Assembly (NCBI GenBank): GCA_050953065.1
Contig: JBMNLZ010000002.1
Coordinates: forward strand, 319,305 to 383,304
Source: Bacilli bacterium
Lineage (GTDB): Bacteria; Bacillota_I; Bacilli_A; ML615J-28; CAG-698
Direction: 5' to 3'
DNA length: 64,000 nt
The notes under the pieces: generated by a model
What the model saw: only the letters and a program-made list of their open reading frames with translations
What the model was told of the DNA's origin: nothing
The model's database searches: none
Part shown: piece by piece, positions 54,077-63,107 of the stretch
How the letters are laid out: every line of letters starts with the position of its first letter
How positions within the stretch are numbered: position 1 is the stretch's first letter
Translations under genes and position numbers: made by a program

Positions 54077-56659
54077 ATGAATAAAATTAAAAGAATATTT
54101 TTTATATTATTTATCTTAATGGCTTTTTTATTAGTAGCATGTGGGAAGGCTGAAGAAGATTTTGGTATTATTAGTGCTACAGGATTTAAAATTGATGGAA
54201 CTAATTTAGCACTTGAAGTTTCTAGTTTGACTGATACATTTTCTTTTACTGGAAAAATTAAAGTAGAAGAAGGCGTAACTTGGGAATTGTATACAGATAA
54301 AAAAACTACCAACAAAATCACTTCAAATGAAGTTAATCTAATAGATGGAGAAAACATTTTATATCTTAAAGTTATAAAGGGCAAGGAAACTAAATTATAT
54401 AAAGTTACAATTACAAAATCAGATACAGCTGAAAATACTTTAGTCTTTAATGCAAATGGTGGAATAGGTGAAATGACAAGTATTTTACTAGTAGAAAATA
54501 CTTCTATTACACTACCTAAAAATACATTTACAAAAGAAGAAGCTACATTTATTGGCTGGAGTACATCAAAAGATGGTGATGTAGAATATTTAGATGAAGC
54601 AAGTTACACAGTAACTAACAAAACAAGTTGCACACTTTATGCAAAATGGGAAATTAATACTTATAAATTAACATTATCTAGAAATCCAATTCTAGCAGGG
54701 ACTGTAACTGGTTCTGGAACAAAAGAATATAATAGCCAAGTAGAAATTACTGCTACTACAAAGTCAGGTTATGAATTTTTAGGTTGGTATGAAGGTACAG
54801 ATTTAATATCTGATAATTCTACTTATACATTTACTATGCCAGCAAGAAACATACTTTATCAAGCAAAGTGGAAAGCAAATATTAATACATTGTCATTTGA
54901 TGCAAATACTGGTGAAGGAGAAATGGAAAGTGTTACAGCAGAAACCGCTAAAACTATCAGCCTTCCTAATAATGCATTTTATAAAGAAGGTTATAACTTT
55001 TTAGGTTGGAGTACTAGTAAAGAAGGAAGTGTTCAATATCAAAATGAAGGAACTTATAAAATGGGACCACTAGAAAGTTATACCCTATATGCAAAATGGG
55101 AAATTGCAAGTTATACACTAAATTTAACTATAAACAATTCAAATGCAGGAAGTGTAACTGGTGGAGGTAGAATATTATATAACACTGAAGTAGAAATAAA
55201 AGCTAATGCAAATCCAGGCTATACATTTTTGGGTTGGTATGAAGGTAATGCTTTAGTAACACAACAGTCTACTTATACATTTAATATGCCAGGAAATTAT
55301 GTACATTATGAAGCAAGATGGGAAGCTACTTCAAATTTTGGTTTAACGTTTAATTTGAAAGAAGATGATACATATGAAGTTGTTGGATATCAGGGGAATC
55401 CTAAAGATCTTTATATTGGAGAAAACTATGAAGGAAAAGCAATTACAAGTATAGCTAGTAATGCTTTTTCTGAATGCATGAGTTTAGAAAGTATAATTTT
55501 ATCAGAAGGCTTATTAAGTATAGGCGAAAGATCTTTTTATGGTTTAACAAAATTGCATGAAATAGTAATGCCGAAAAGTGTTACTCATATGGGTTATCTT
55601 GCTTTTGGTGGTTGTATTAATGTAATACTTTATGCAAGAGTTGCTAGTCAACCAAGTGAATGGAATAGTTATTGGAATAATAACGGTATTCCTGTTTATT
55701 GGGGATATATAAGAAAAGGTGAGACTTCTGAGTTAAAATATATAGTTGCACAAATGGGAGAAGATGCTCCTTATAGTATTACAATAACTGGTTATAAAGA
55801 AACTCCAAGTGAATTAGTAATACCAGAAACAATAGAAGGCTATCCTGTTAAAGATATAGCTAATCTAGCTTTTATTGGCAACAAGATGACAAGCCTTATT
55901 ATTCCAGAGACTGTTACCGGTATAGACAGTAGTGCTTTTTATAATTGCACTAAACTTAAAAATGTAATAATTCCTTCAAGTGTTGTATATATAGGTAGTT
56001 CTGCATTTGATTTTTGTAGTGATTTAATAATTTATGCTAAAGCAGAAACAAAACCTGCTGGTTGGAATAATTTGTGGAATGTAAGAACTAGAACTGTAGT
56101 ATGGGGATATGTAAGTCATGGTGTTACTCTTGATGGATTTGAATATGGAGTATCATTTATTGATTCTGTTTATTGTATAACAATATCAGGTTATGAAGGA
56201 AGTTTAACTGAAATAGTAATACCAGAAACAATAGAAAACTATCCTGTTGCTATTATAAGTTGTTATGCTTTTGTTAATCGTATTGATTTAGAAAGTATTA
56301 CACTTCCATCAACTCTTACAAAGATAGAAAAGGGAGCTTTTTCTCATTGCAGTGGTCTAACAAACATCATAATTCCTTCAAGTGTTAAGAATATAGATTT
56401 TCTTGCTTTTTATGGATGTACAAGTCTAATAAGCGCTGTAATTTCAGATGGAGTTCAAAGTATAGGCGAATCTGTTTTTGGTAATTGTACTGCACTAACA
56501 AATATAATAATTCCTTTGAGTGTTACATTTATGGATAATTATGTATTTTTTAATTGTAAAGGTTTAACAATTAATTGTAGGGCTTCAATTCAACCAGAAG
56601 GATGGAGTGAATATTGGAATAATGATGGTGGAACAGTAGTCTGGGGTTACACTGGATAA
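54077..56659 (+). CDS. BspA-type LRR surface lipoprotein (860 aa) with family N-module, four Flg_new repeats and three capped LRR blocks
   Basis: Signal peptide MNKIKRIFFILFILMAFLLVAC; N-module ISATGFKIDG…LYKVTI; Flg_new motifs (…FLGWYEG…); three LRR blocks ending in SQPSEWNSYWNNNGIPVYWGY, TKPAGWNNLWNVRTRTVVWGY and IQPEGWSEYWNNDGGTVVWGYTG. Confidence 0.75.
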   Translation: MNKIKRIFFILFILMAFLLVACGKAEEDFGIISATGFKIDGTNLALEVSSLTDTFSFTGKIKVEEGVTWELYTDKKTTNKITSNEVNLIDGENILYLKVIKGKETKLYKVTITKSDTAENTLVFNANGGIGEMTSILLVENTSITLPKNTFTKEEATFIGWSTSKDGDVEYLDEASYTVTNKTSCTLYAKWEINTYKLTLSRNPILAGTVTGSGTKEYNSQVEITATTKSGYEFLGWYEGTDLISDNSTYTFTMPARNILYQAKWKANINTLSFDANTGEGEMESVTAETAKTISLPNNAFYKEGYNFLGWSTSKEGSVQYQNEGTYKMGPLESYTLYAKWEIASYTLNLTINNSNAGSVTGGGRILYNTEVEIKANANPGYTFLGWYEGNALVTQQSTYTFNMPGNYVHYEARWEATSNFGLTFNLKEDDTYEVVGYQGNPKDLYIGENYEGKAITSIASNAFSECMSLESIILSEGLLSIGERSFYGLTKLHEIVMPKSVTHMGYLAFGGCINVILYARVASQPSEWNSYWNNNGIPVYWGYIRKGETSELKYIVAQMGEDAPYSITITGYKETPSELVIPETIEGYPVKDIANLAFIGNKMTSLIIPETVTGIDSSAFYNCTKLKNVIIPSSVVYIGSSAFDFCSDLIIYAKAETKPAGWNNLWNVRTRTVVWGYVSHGVTLDGFEYGVSFIDSVYCITISGYEGSLTEIVIPETIENYPVAIISCYAFVNRIDLESITLPSTLTKIEKGAFSHCSGLTNIIIPSSVKNIDFLAFYGCTSLISAVISDGVQSIGESVFGNCTALTNIIIPLSVTFMDNYVFFNCKGLTINCRASIQPEGWSEYWNNDGGTVVWGYTG

Positions 56660-56687
56660 AAAAAGTTTAAATACATAATTTATATTT

Positions 56688-56712
56688 AAAGCCACCTAGG
56701 TGGCTTTTTAAT
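56688..56712 (+). terminator. Rho-independent terminator
   Basis: aaagccacc-tag-gtggcttt hairpin plus T-run. Confidence 0.8.
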
Positions 56713-56735
56713 TTGGAATAGCAATTAAATTTCTC

Positions 56736-56764
56736 TTGATTAGTTAAGTATAATGTGTTATAAT
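56736..56764 (+). promoter_or_regulatory. Promoter of the rpsB-tsf operon
   Basis: TTGATT 56736-56741, a 17-nt spacer, TATAAT 56759-56764; a second TATAAT-like hexamer lies within the spacer. Confidence 0.5.
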
Positions 56765-56888
56765 TATCAAGGCAAAAAAAATACACACACTAAGTTAGAG
56801 TCTCGTCAGGTGCACATTTTGTGTGGCGTGGACTTGGTAGAAACTAGTGGAGGCCAAACGAAAAAAAATGAAAGGAAGAAAAGAAAAA

Positions 56889-57971
56889 ATGTCAGTAATT
56901 ACAATGAAGCAATTGCTTGAAGCAGGAGTTCATTTCGGTCACAATACTCGCCGTTGGAACCCTAAAATGAAAGAGTATATTTTTGGAGAAAGAAATGGTA
57001 TTTATATCATTGATTTAGCCAAAACAGAAGAAAAGGTTGAAGAAGCTTATAAAGCATTATTCAACATTGTTCAAAACAATGGAACAGTTTTATTTGTTGG
57101 AACAAGGAAACAAACTCAAGAAGTTATTAAAGAAGAGGCTATTCGTTGTGGTCAATATTATGTTGACCAAAGATGGTTGGGTGGTACTCTAACAAACTTT
57201 AAAACAATTAGAAGAAGTATTGGAAGATTAAGAGAAATTGAAAAAATGGAAGAAGATGGAATTTTTGAAGTTCTTCCAAAAAAAGAAGTAATTTTAATTA
57301 AAAAAGAAAAAGAAAAACTAGAAAAGTTTTTTAATGGTATAAAAGATATGGTAAACCGTCCTTCTGCGATGGTAGTAGTTGACCCTAAGAGTGAACATAA
57401 TGCAGTTAAGGAAGCAAAAAAATTAGATATACCTGTATTTGGTTTAGTTGATACAAACTGCGATCCAGATGAAGTTGATTATGTTATTCCAGGTAACGAT
57501 GATGCGATTCGTGCTGTAAAATTAATTGTTGGAACTTTAGCTAATGCTGTAGTTGAAGCTCAAGGCGGAACTCCAATCGTTATCGAATTTACTGATGATA
57601 TGCCTGAGGAGAGACCTCAAAGAAAAGCTTATCAAAAAGATGGAGAAAAACGTGGTTATGGTAGACGTCCTTATAAAACTTCAAGAGAAGGTAGGGGCGA
57701 TAAAGATTCTGATAGTGAAAAAGTAGAAGAAGTTGCAAAAGAAGTAAAAGCAGCAAAGAAAACTGCAGTTAAAGCAGAAAAAGAAGTAAAAACAGAAAAG
57801 CCAGCTAAAGCAGACAAAGAAGAAAAGAAAGAAAAACCAGCCAAAGTAGAAAAGGAAGTAAAAGAAGAAACTCCTAAAAAAACTAAGAAAACTGAAGAAA
57901 CTACAGTAGCGGAAGAAAAACCGAAACGTGTAAAAAAAGCTGATACAGATTCTAAAACGGAGGGAAAATAA
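56889..57971 (+). CDS. rpsB: 30S ribosomal protein S2 with a roughly 110-aa Lys/Glu-rich C-terminal extension
   Basis: Canonical S2 N-terminus [18 protein letters not shown] with RBS AAAGGAAG 10 nt upstream. The conserved core ends around residue 250 and is followed by a KE-rich tail. Confidence 0.9.
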   Translation: MSVITMKQLLEAGVHFGHNTRRWNPKMKEYIFGERNGIYIIDLAKTEEKVEEAYKALFNIVQNNGTVLFVGTRKQTQEVIKEEAIRCGQYYVDQRWLGGTLTNFKTIRRSIGRLREIEKMEEDGIFEVLPKKEVILIKKEKEKLEKFFNGIKDMVNRPSAMVVVDPKSEHNAVKEAKKLDIPVFGLVDTNCDPDEVDYVIPGNDDAIRAVKLIVGTLANAVVEAQGGTPIVIEFTDDMPEERPQRKAYQKDGEKRGYGRRPYKTSREGRGDKDSDSEKVEEVAKEVKAAKKTAVKAEKEVKTEKPAKADKEEKKEKPAKVEKEVKEETPKKTKKTEETTVAEEKPKRVKKADTDSKTEGK

Positions 57972-58844
57972 ATGATTAGTGCATCATTAGTAAAAGAACT
58001 AAGAGAAATGACAGGAGCAGGTATGATGGATTGTAAAAAAGCTCTTGTTGAAACGAATGGTGATTTAGATGCAGCCGTTACATGGTTGCGTGAAAAAGGC
58101 ATTTCAAAAGCTGCTAAAAAAGCAGGTAGAATTGCAGCTGAAGGTGTTTGTGCATATCAAGTTGATGGTAATAAAGCAGTTGTTTATGAAGTTAATTCAG
58201 AAACTGACTTTGTTGCTAAAAATGAAAAGTTTTTAAAAATGGTTGAAAACATTGGTCAAGGAATCCTTTCAAGCAATGAAAGTGATCCAACAAAAGCAGT
58301 TTTTGAAGGAACTACAGTTGAAGAAATGATAGTTCAAGCTACTTCTACAATTGGTGAAAAAATTTCTTTAAGAAGAGTTGCTTTCTATGATAAAACTAAT
58401 TCACAAACATTTGGTTATTATTCTCATATGAACGGGAAAATTATTGCTTTAGTAACTATTGAAGGTGATGATTTTGAAGTTGCTAAAAACGTAGCTATGC
58501 ATATTGCTGCTATGAATCCTAAGTATTTAGATGACACAAAAATACCAGCTGAAGACTTAGAAAAAGAAAAAAATATATTTATGCAAGAGGTTCTTAATGA
58601 TCCTCAATATGATGGCAAGCCTCAAAATGTTATAGATAACATTGTTAAAGGTCGTGTAAACAAATATCTAAAAGAAATTTGTTTAGTAGATCAAATTTAT
58701 GTAAAGGCTGCTGATAAGCAGACTGTTGGCGAATATCTAAAATCTAATCGTAGTAGTATAGTTGCTTTCACAAGACTTGAAGTAGGGGAAGGACTTGAAA
58801 AAAGAAAAGATGATTTTGTAGCCGAAGTTATGTCTCAACTTTAA
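57972..58844 (+). CDS. tsf: Elongation factor Ts
   Basis: UBA-like N-terminus (LVKELREMTGAGMMDCKKAL) and EF-Ts dimerisation domains. Confidence 0.9.
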   Translation: MISASLVKELREMTGAGMMDCKKALVETNGDLDAAVTWLREKGISKAAKKAGRIAAEGVCAYQVDGNKAVVYEVNSETDFVAKNEKFLKMVENIGQGILSSNESDPTKAVFEGTTVEEMIVQATSTIGEKISLRRVAFYDKTNSQTFGYYSHMNGKIIALVTIEGDDFEVAKNVAMHIAAMNPKYLDDTKIPAEDLEKEKNIFMQEVLNDPQYDGKPQNVIDNIVKGRVNKYLKEICLVDQIYVKAADKQTVGEYLKSNRSSIVAFTRLEVGEGLEKRKDDFVAEVMSQL

Positions 58845-58899
58845 AAAATAACTAAGGCACATAATATTATGTGCCTTTGTTTTAAAAACAGGAGGTCTT

Positions 58900-59613
58900 A
58901 TGAGAAAGAGGATTATTTTAAAACTTAGTGGAGAAAGTTTAGCTGGTGAAGGTAAAATTGGCTTTGATCATGTAAAAATAAAAGAGATTGCTTTGGAAAT
59001 AAAAGATTTATATGACCAAGGTGATATTGATATTTCTATTGTAGTTGGTGCTGGTAATATTTGGCGTGGAAGAGATGCAATTAATTGTGGAATTGAAAGA
59101 TCTAGTGCCGATTATATGGGAATGCTTGCGACTATTTTAAATGCTCTAGCATTACAAAATGCTTTAGAATTATTAGGTTGTGATACAAGAGTGATGACAT
59201 CTTTATCAATTCCAAGTGTTGCAGAACCTTATATTAGAAGAAAAGCATTATCACATTTAGATAAACAACGTATTGTAATCTTTGGTGGTGGAAATGGAAT
59301 TCCATTTTTTACAACTGATACAACTGCAGCTTTAAGAGGAGCAGAACTTGGGGCTAATTTAATTCTAATGGCAAAGAATGGTGTTGATGGAGTTTATAGT
59401 GATGATCCTAAGATTAATAAAAATGCTTATCGCTTTAAAAAACTAACCTATCGAGAAGTTTTAGAAAAAGAACTACATGTAATGGATATGACAGCAATCA
59501 CACTATGTGAAGAAAATAATATTGATATTGTTGTCTTTGATATGAATGTTAAAGGTAACATTGCAAAAGCAGCAAAAGATTTTTCAATCGGAACGTTAGT
59601 TTCAAATAAATGA
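58900..59613 (+). CDS. pyrH: UMP kinase
   Basis: ILKLSGESL N-terminus; amino-acid kinase fold; rpsB-tsf-pyrH-frr order. Confidence 0.9.
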   Translation: MRKRIILKLSGESLAGEGKIGFDHVKIKEIALEIKDLYDQGDIDISIVVGAGNIWRGRDAINCGIERSSADYMGMLATILNALALQNALELLGCDTRVMTSLSIPSVAEPYIRRKALSHLDKQRIVIFGGGNGIPFFTTDTTAALRGAELGANLILMAKNGVDGVYSDDPKINKNAYRFKKLTYREVLEKELHVMDMTAITLCEENNIDIVVFDMNVKGNIAKAAKDFSIGTLVSNK

Positions 59614-59626
59614 AAGGAGAAAGAAT

Positions 59627-60184
59627 ATGCCTGATAGTATTATAAAAAATGGTGAAGATAGAATGGCAAAAGCCATTGAAAGTATGAAAACTGAATTCGC
59701 TTTAATTAGAGCAGGAAGAGCTAATCCAACTGTTTTAAATAGAGTTAGAATTTCTTATTATGGTGTTGATACACCACTTAATCAAGTTGCTTCGATTTCA
59801 ACTCCAGAAGCGCAACAATTACTAATTAAGCCTTATGATAAATCAATTCTTAAAGATATTGAAAAAGCTATTCTAACAGCTGATTTAAATCTAACACCAC
59901 TTAATGATGGAGTTGTAATTAGAATTAATTTTCCAGCTTTAACTGAAGAAAAAAGAAGAGATTTGGTAAAAGAAGTTAAAAAACTTGGAGAAAATTGTAA
60001 GATTGCAATTAGAAATATTCGTCGTGATATTAATGATCAATTAAAAAAATTAGAAAAAGATAGTTTAATAAGTGAAGATGAACTAAAAAGAAAAAATGAT
60101 GAAGTTCAAAAAATCACTGACAAGCAAATTGAAAATGTAGATAAAGAAGTTAAAGAAAAAGAAGATTCAATTATGGAAATATAA
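59627..60184 (+). CDS. frr: Ribosome recycling factor
   Basis: 185-aa RRF with the conserved R…R…INFP core. Confidence 0.9.
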   Translation: MPDSIIKNGEDRMAKAIESMKTEFALIRAGRANPTVLNRVRISYYGVDTPLNQVASISTPEAQQLLIKPYDKSILKDIEKAILTADLNLTPLNDGVVIRINFPALTEEKRRDLVKEVKKLGENCKIAIRNIRRDINDQLKKLEKDSLISEDELKRKNDEVQKITDKQIENVDKEVKEKEDSIMEI

Positions 60185-60193
60185 TTATTATAA

Positions 60194-60226
60194 GTACTAG
60201 ACTTAATAAAAAAGTCTAGTATTTTA
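60194..60226 (+). terminator. Rho-independent terminator after frr
   Basis: tactagactt-aataaaaa-aagtctagta hairpin plus T-run. Confidence 0.7.
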
Positions 60227-60274
60227 ATTATAAATTTGGTAAAATATAGATATGAAAGAGGTGAAAAAAATAAA

Positions 60275-62260
60275 ATGAGAATTTTAAAAAGTTTATTACT
60301 AATACTTGTTTTTAGTTTGTTTTTAGTTGGCTGTAAAACTAAAGAAACATTTACAGTTAAGTTTATGGATGGTGATACTGAACTTGGTAGTGTTACAGTT
60401 AAAAAAGGTGGAGATGCAGAAGCTCCAGAAAACCCAACAAAAGAAGGCTATGATTTTACTGGTTGGGATATAGCATATACAGATGTTGAGGGAGATTTAG
60501 TAGTTAAAGCCATTTTTACAATTAAAACATTTGAAGTTAAGTTTATGGTAGATGGTGCTCCATATGGTGATCCTGTTATAGTTAATTATGGTGCTGATGC
60601 GGTTCTACCAAATAATCCAATTAAAGTAGGTTTTAAATTTGTAAAGTGGGATACTAATACAACTAATGTAAAATCAAATTTAGAAGTTAATGCAGAGTTT
60701 ACTGTAGCTACATATTCTGTTGTTTTTAGAGTAGATGGTATTCAAGAAGGTGAAACTCAAACAATTACACATGGAGAAGCTGCAACTGCTCCAGATGATC
60801 CAGTAAAGGAAGGCTATAAATTTATTGGCTGGGATAATGAATTTGAAGAAGTTACAAGTGATTTAATTATAAGTGCTGTCTTTGAACCGATTATGTTCAA
60901 AGTAAGATTCTATGAAGATGAAACAAAATTAATTGAAGAATTTGATGTTGCGTATGGAACTGATGCAACTGCTCCCGCAGCCCCTTTAAAAGAAGGTTTT
61001 AGGTTCCAAGCTTGGGATAAGACATTTACAAATGTTAAATCAAATCTTGATGTAACAGCAATTTATGTAGTAGCAACATTTGAAGTTAAGTTTATCGTTA
61101 ATGGTGTTCAACAAGGTGCAACTCAAACTATTGAATATGGAAAAGATGCAATTGCTCCAGATGATCCTTTAAGAGATGGTTATAATTTTACTGGTTGGAG
61201 TGCTGCTTATACTAATGTAAAAAGTAATTTAACAATCACAGCAGAATTTAGTATTATTACTTATGAAATTAAGTATTATGATGGCTCAACTCTTTTAACT
61301 CATACTCCTGCATCATATGATATCAATACTGCAGTAACATTTACTGAATATGAAAAAGAGGGTTTCTTATTTACAGGTTGGTATGAAACTGATGAATTAA
61401 AAACTGTTAAAACCGGAATTACACTTGGTTCTTTTGGTATTGTAACAGTTTATGGAGAATGGTTAGATCCAGATTTAACTTATACAGTTAATTTTGACTT
61501 AAAAGGTGGTGCTTGGAATTGGACAACAGGAGAAGTTACTAAATTAACTAGTGGCGATTATACAGGCTATTATGCAATTGATAGCGTATCTAATTTACCT
61601 GAAATATTTATGCAAGACTTCTTTGTATACTTATCAGATAAAGATTTATTAAATTCTTCATTAGTTTATGCAACTTTAAGAACAACAACTTGGCAAGCAT
61701 TTAGTGAAAAATTTGATGACCCTGTAGCTAGTTATAACCGTACAAGTACTATGTATGCATCAACACCTGATGGATATAATCAATTCTTCTGGGATTCAAT
61801 TTCAAATGGTGAAGCAGTTGGTGGATTCTTTGGAAGCGAACCTTATAAGAGTAAATATGCTAACTTATTAAGTCATTTAATTTACATGTATCCATTTAAA
61901 TATAGTGCTGATATTAGTACAGCAGTTGGAAGAGCTTTAGTTGGATTTATTTTAGATGGTTTATTCTATGGTACACAAACTTATACTGCTGGTTCTACGT
62001 TTGAAGCATTCCGTTCAAAAATTCCTACAACTACAGTAAGATGGAATTCAACTGCTACTGAATATACAGAAAATATTTATCCAGTAGTAACTTATATTCA
62101 AGGATTAAAATATAATTTACCACATCCATCTAGAGAAGGATATTTCTTTAGGGGATGGTATAGTGATGAAGAATGTACTGGCGATGCTATCTTATTTATA
62201 GATCGTGGTGTGGTTCCTGCTGCAACATATTATGCTAAATGGGAAAGTATTGGATCTTAA
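60275..62260 (+). CDS. Surface lipoprotein with six tandem Flg_new (Listeria-Bacteroides) repeats and an uncharacterised roughly 270-aa C-terminal domain
   Basis: Signal peptide MRILKSLLLILVFSLFLVGC; six roughly 75-aa repeats (F.VKF…G…P..P.KEGY.F.GWD…V.S.L.V.A.F); C-terminal region ending …FFRGWYSDEECTGD (Flg_new-like). Confidence 0.65.
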   Translation: MRILKSLLLILVFSLFLVGCKTKETFTVKFMDGDTELGSVTVKKGGDAEAPENPTKEGYDFTGWDIAYTDVEGDLVVKAIFTIKTFEVKFMVDGAPYGDPVIVNYGADAVLPNNPIKVGFKFVKWDTNTTNVKSNLEVNAEFTVATYSVVFRVDGIQEGETQTITHGEAATAPDDPVKEGYKFIGWDNEFEEVTSDLIISAVFEPIMFKVRFYEDETKLIEEFDVAYGTDATAPAAPLKEGFRFQAWDKTFTNVKSNLDVTAIYVVATFEVKFIVNGVQQGATQTIEYGKDAIAPDDPLRDGYNFTGWSAAYTNVKSNLTITAEFSIITYEIKYYDGSTLLTHTPASYDINTAVTFTEYEKEGFLFTGWYETDELKTVKTGITLGSFGIVTVYGEWLDPDLTYTVNFDLKGGAWNWTTGEVTKLTSGDYTGYYAIDSVSNLPEIFMQDFFVYLSDKDLLNSSLVYATLRTTTWQAFSEKFDDPVASYNRTSTMYASTPDGYNQFFWDSISNGEAVGGFFGSEPYKSKYANLLSHLIYMYPFKYSADISTAVGRALVGFILDGLFYGTQTYTAGSTFEAFRSKIPTTTVRWNSTATEYTENIYPVVTYIQGLKYNLPHPSREGYFFRGWYSDEECTGDAILFIDRGVVPAATYYAKWESIGS

Positions 62261-62286
62261 GAATGATTTAAAAAATAATATAAGTT

Positions 62287-62318
62287 AAGAAGGCTTTTAA
62301 AAGCCTTCTTTTTTTATT
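62287..62318 (+). terminator. Rho-independent terminator
   Basis: aagaaggc-ttttaaaa-gccttctt hairpin plus T7 run. Confidence 0.8.
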
Positions 62319-62397
62319 TAAAGTAATTTTAAATTAAAAATATTAGTGTGGAAATTTAATTAAGTTTATTGTATAATATTAATAATGGTGAAACGTT

Positions 62398-63099
62398 ATG
62401 CAAAAAATAGATAAAAATAGTTTGCCTAAACATGTTGCTATTATAATGGATGGTAATGGTAGATGGGCAAAAAAAAGAGGTATGCCAAGAAATTTAGGGC
62501 ATAAAGCAGGAGCTAAAAGATTGGTTGATATAATTATTTATGCTAATAAGATAGGAATAAAATATCTTACTTGCTTTGCTTTTTCTACTGAAAATTGGAA
62601 TCGTCCAAAAGAAGAAGTTGATTATTTGATGAAACTACCTTTAGAGTTTTTTGAGGAAAACGAACAGATGATTCAAGATAATGATATAAAGGTAAGTTTT
62701 ATTGGCTTTGATGAAAAGATAAATAAAGAATTATTAGATAAAAAACGAGATATTATTAAAAAAACTAAAAATAATAAAGGCTTAAATTTTATCTTAGCTT
62801 TTAATTATGGAAGTCAAGCTGAAATAATTAATGCAGTTAATAAAATAATTAAAGATAAATTATTAGTAATTGATAAAGAAATAATGGAATCTTATTTACT
62901 TACTAAAGGGATACCTGATGTTGATTTATTAATTAGAACAAGTAATGAATTAAGAATAAGTAACTTTTTGCTTTGGCAAATTTCATATGCTGAACTTTAT
63001 TTTACAAAGAAACTTTGGCCAGATTTTACAGAAAAGGAATTTGATAAAGCACTAAAAGAATATCTTAAAAGAGAAAGACGATATGGTAAGGTAGAATAA
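62398..63099 (+). CDS. uppS: Undecaprenyl diphosphate synthase
   Basis: cis-IPPS motifs HVAIIMDGNGRWA and FSTENWNRP. Confidence 0.9.
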   Translation: MQKIDKNSLPKHVAIIMDGNGRWAKKRGMPRNLGHKAGAKRLVDIIIYANKIGIKYLTCFAFSTENWNRPKEEVDYLMKLPLEFFEENEQMIQDNDIKVSFIGFDEKINKELLDKKRDIIKKTKNNKGLNFILAFNYGSQAEIINAVNKIIKDKLLVIDKEIMESYLLTKGIPDVDLLIRTSNELRISNFLLWQISYAELYFTKKLWPDFTEKEFDKALKEYLKRERRYGKVE

Positions 63100-63107
63100 A
63101 AGATAAT

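Noticed and set aside
29540-56659. Diversity-generating retroelement acting on the LRR/Ig-like surface proteins
   Set aside because: No reverse transcriptase gene and no template/variable repeat pair with adenine-specific differences was found.
57671-58102. 143-aa minus-strand ORF rich in Ser/Phe/Ala
   Set aside because: Antisense translation of the Lys/Glu-rich rpsB tail and tsf start; a low-complexity artefact.
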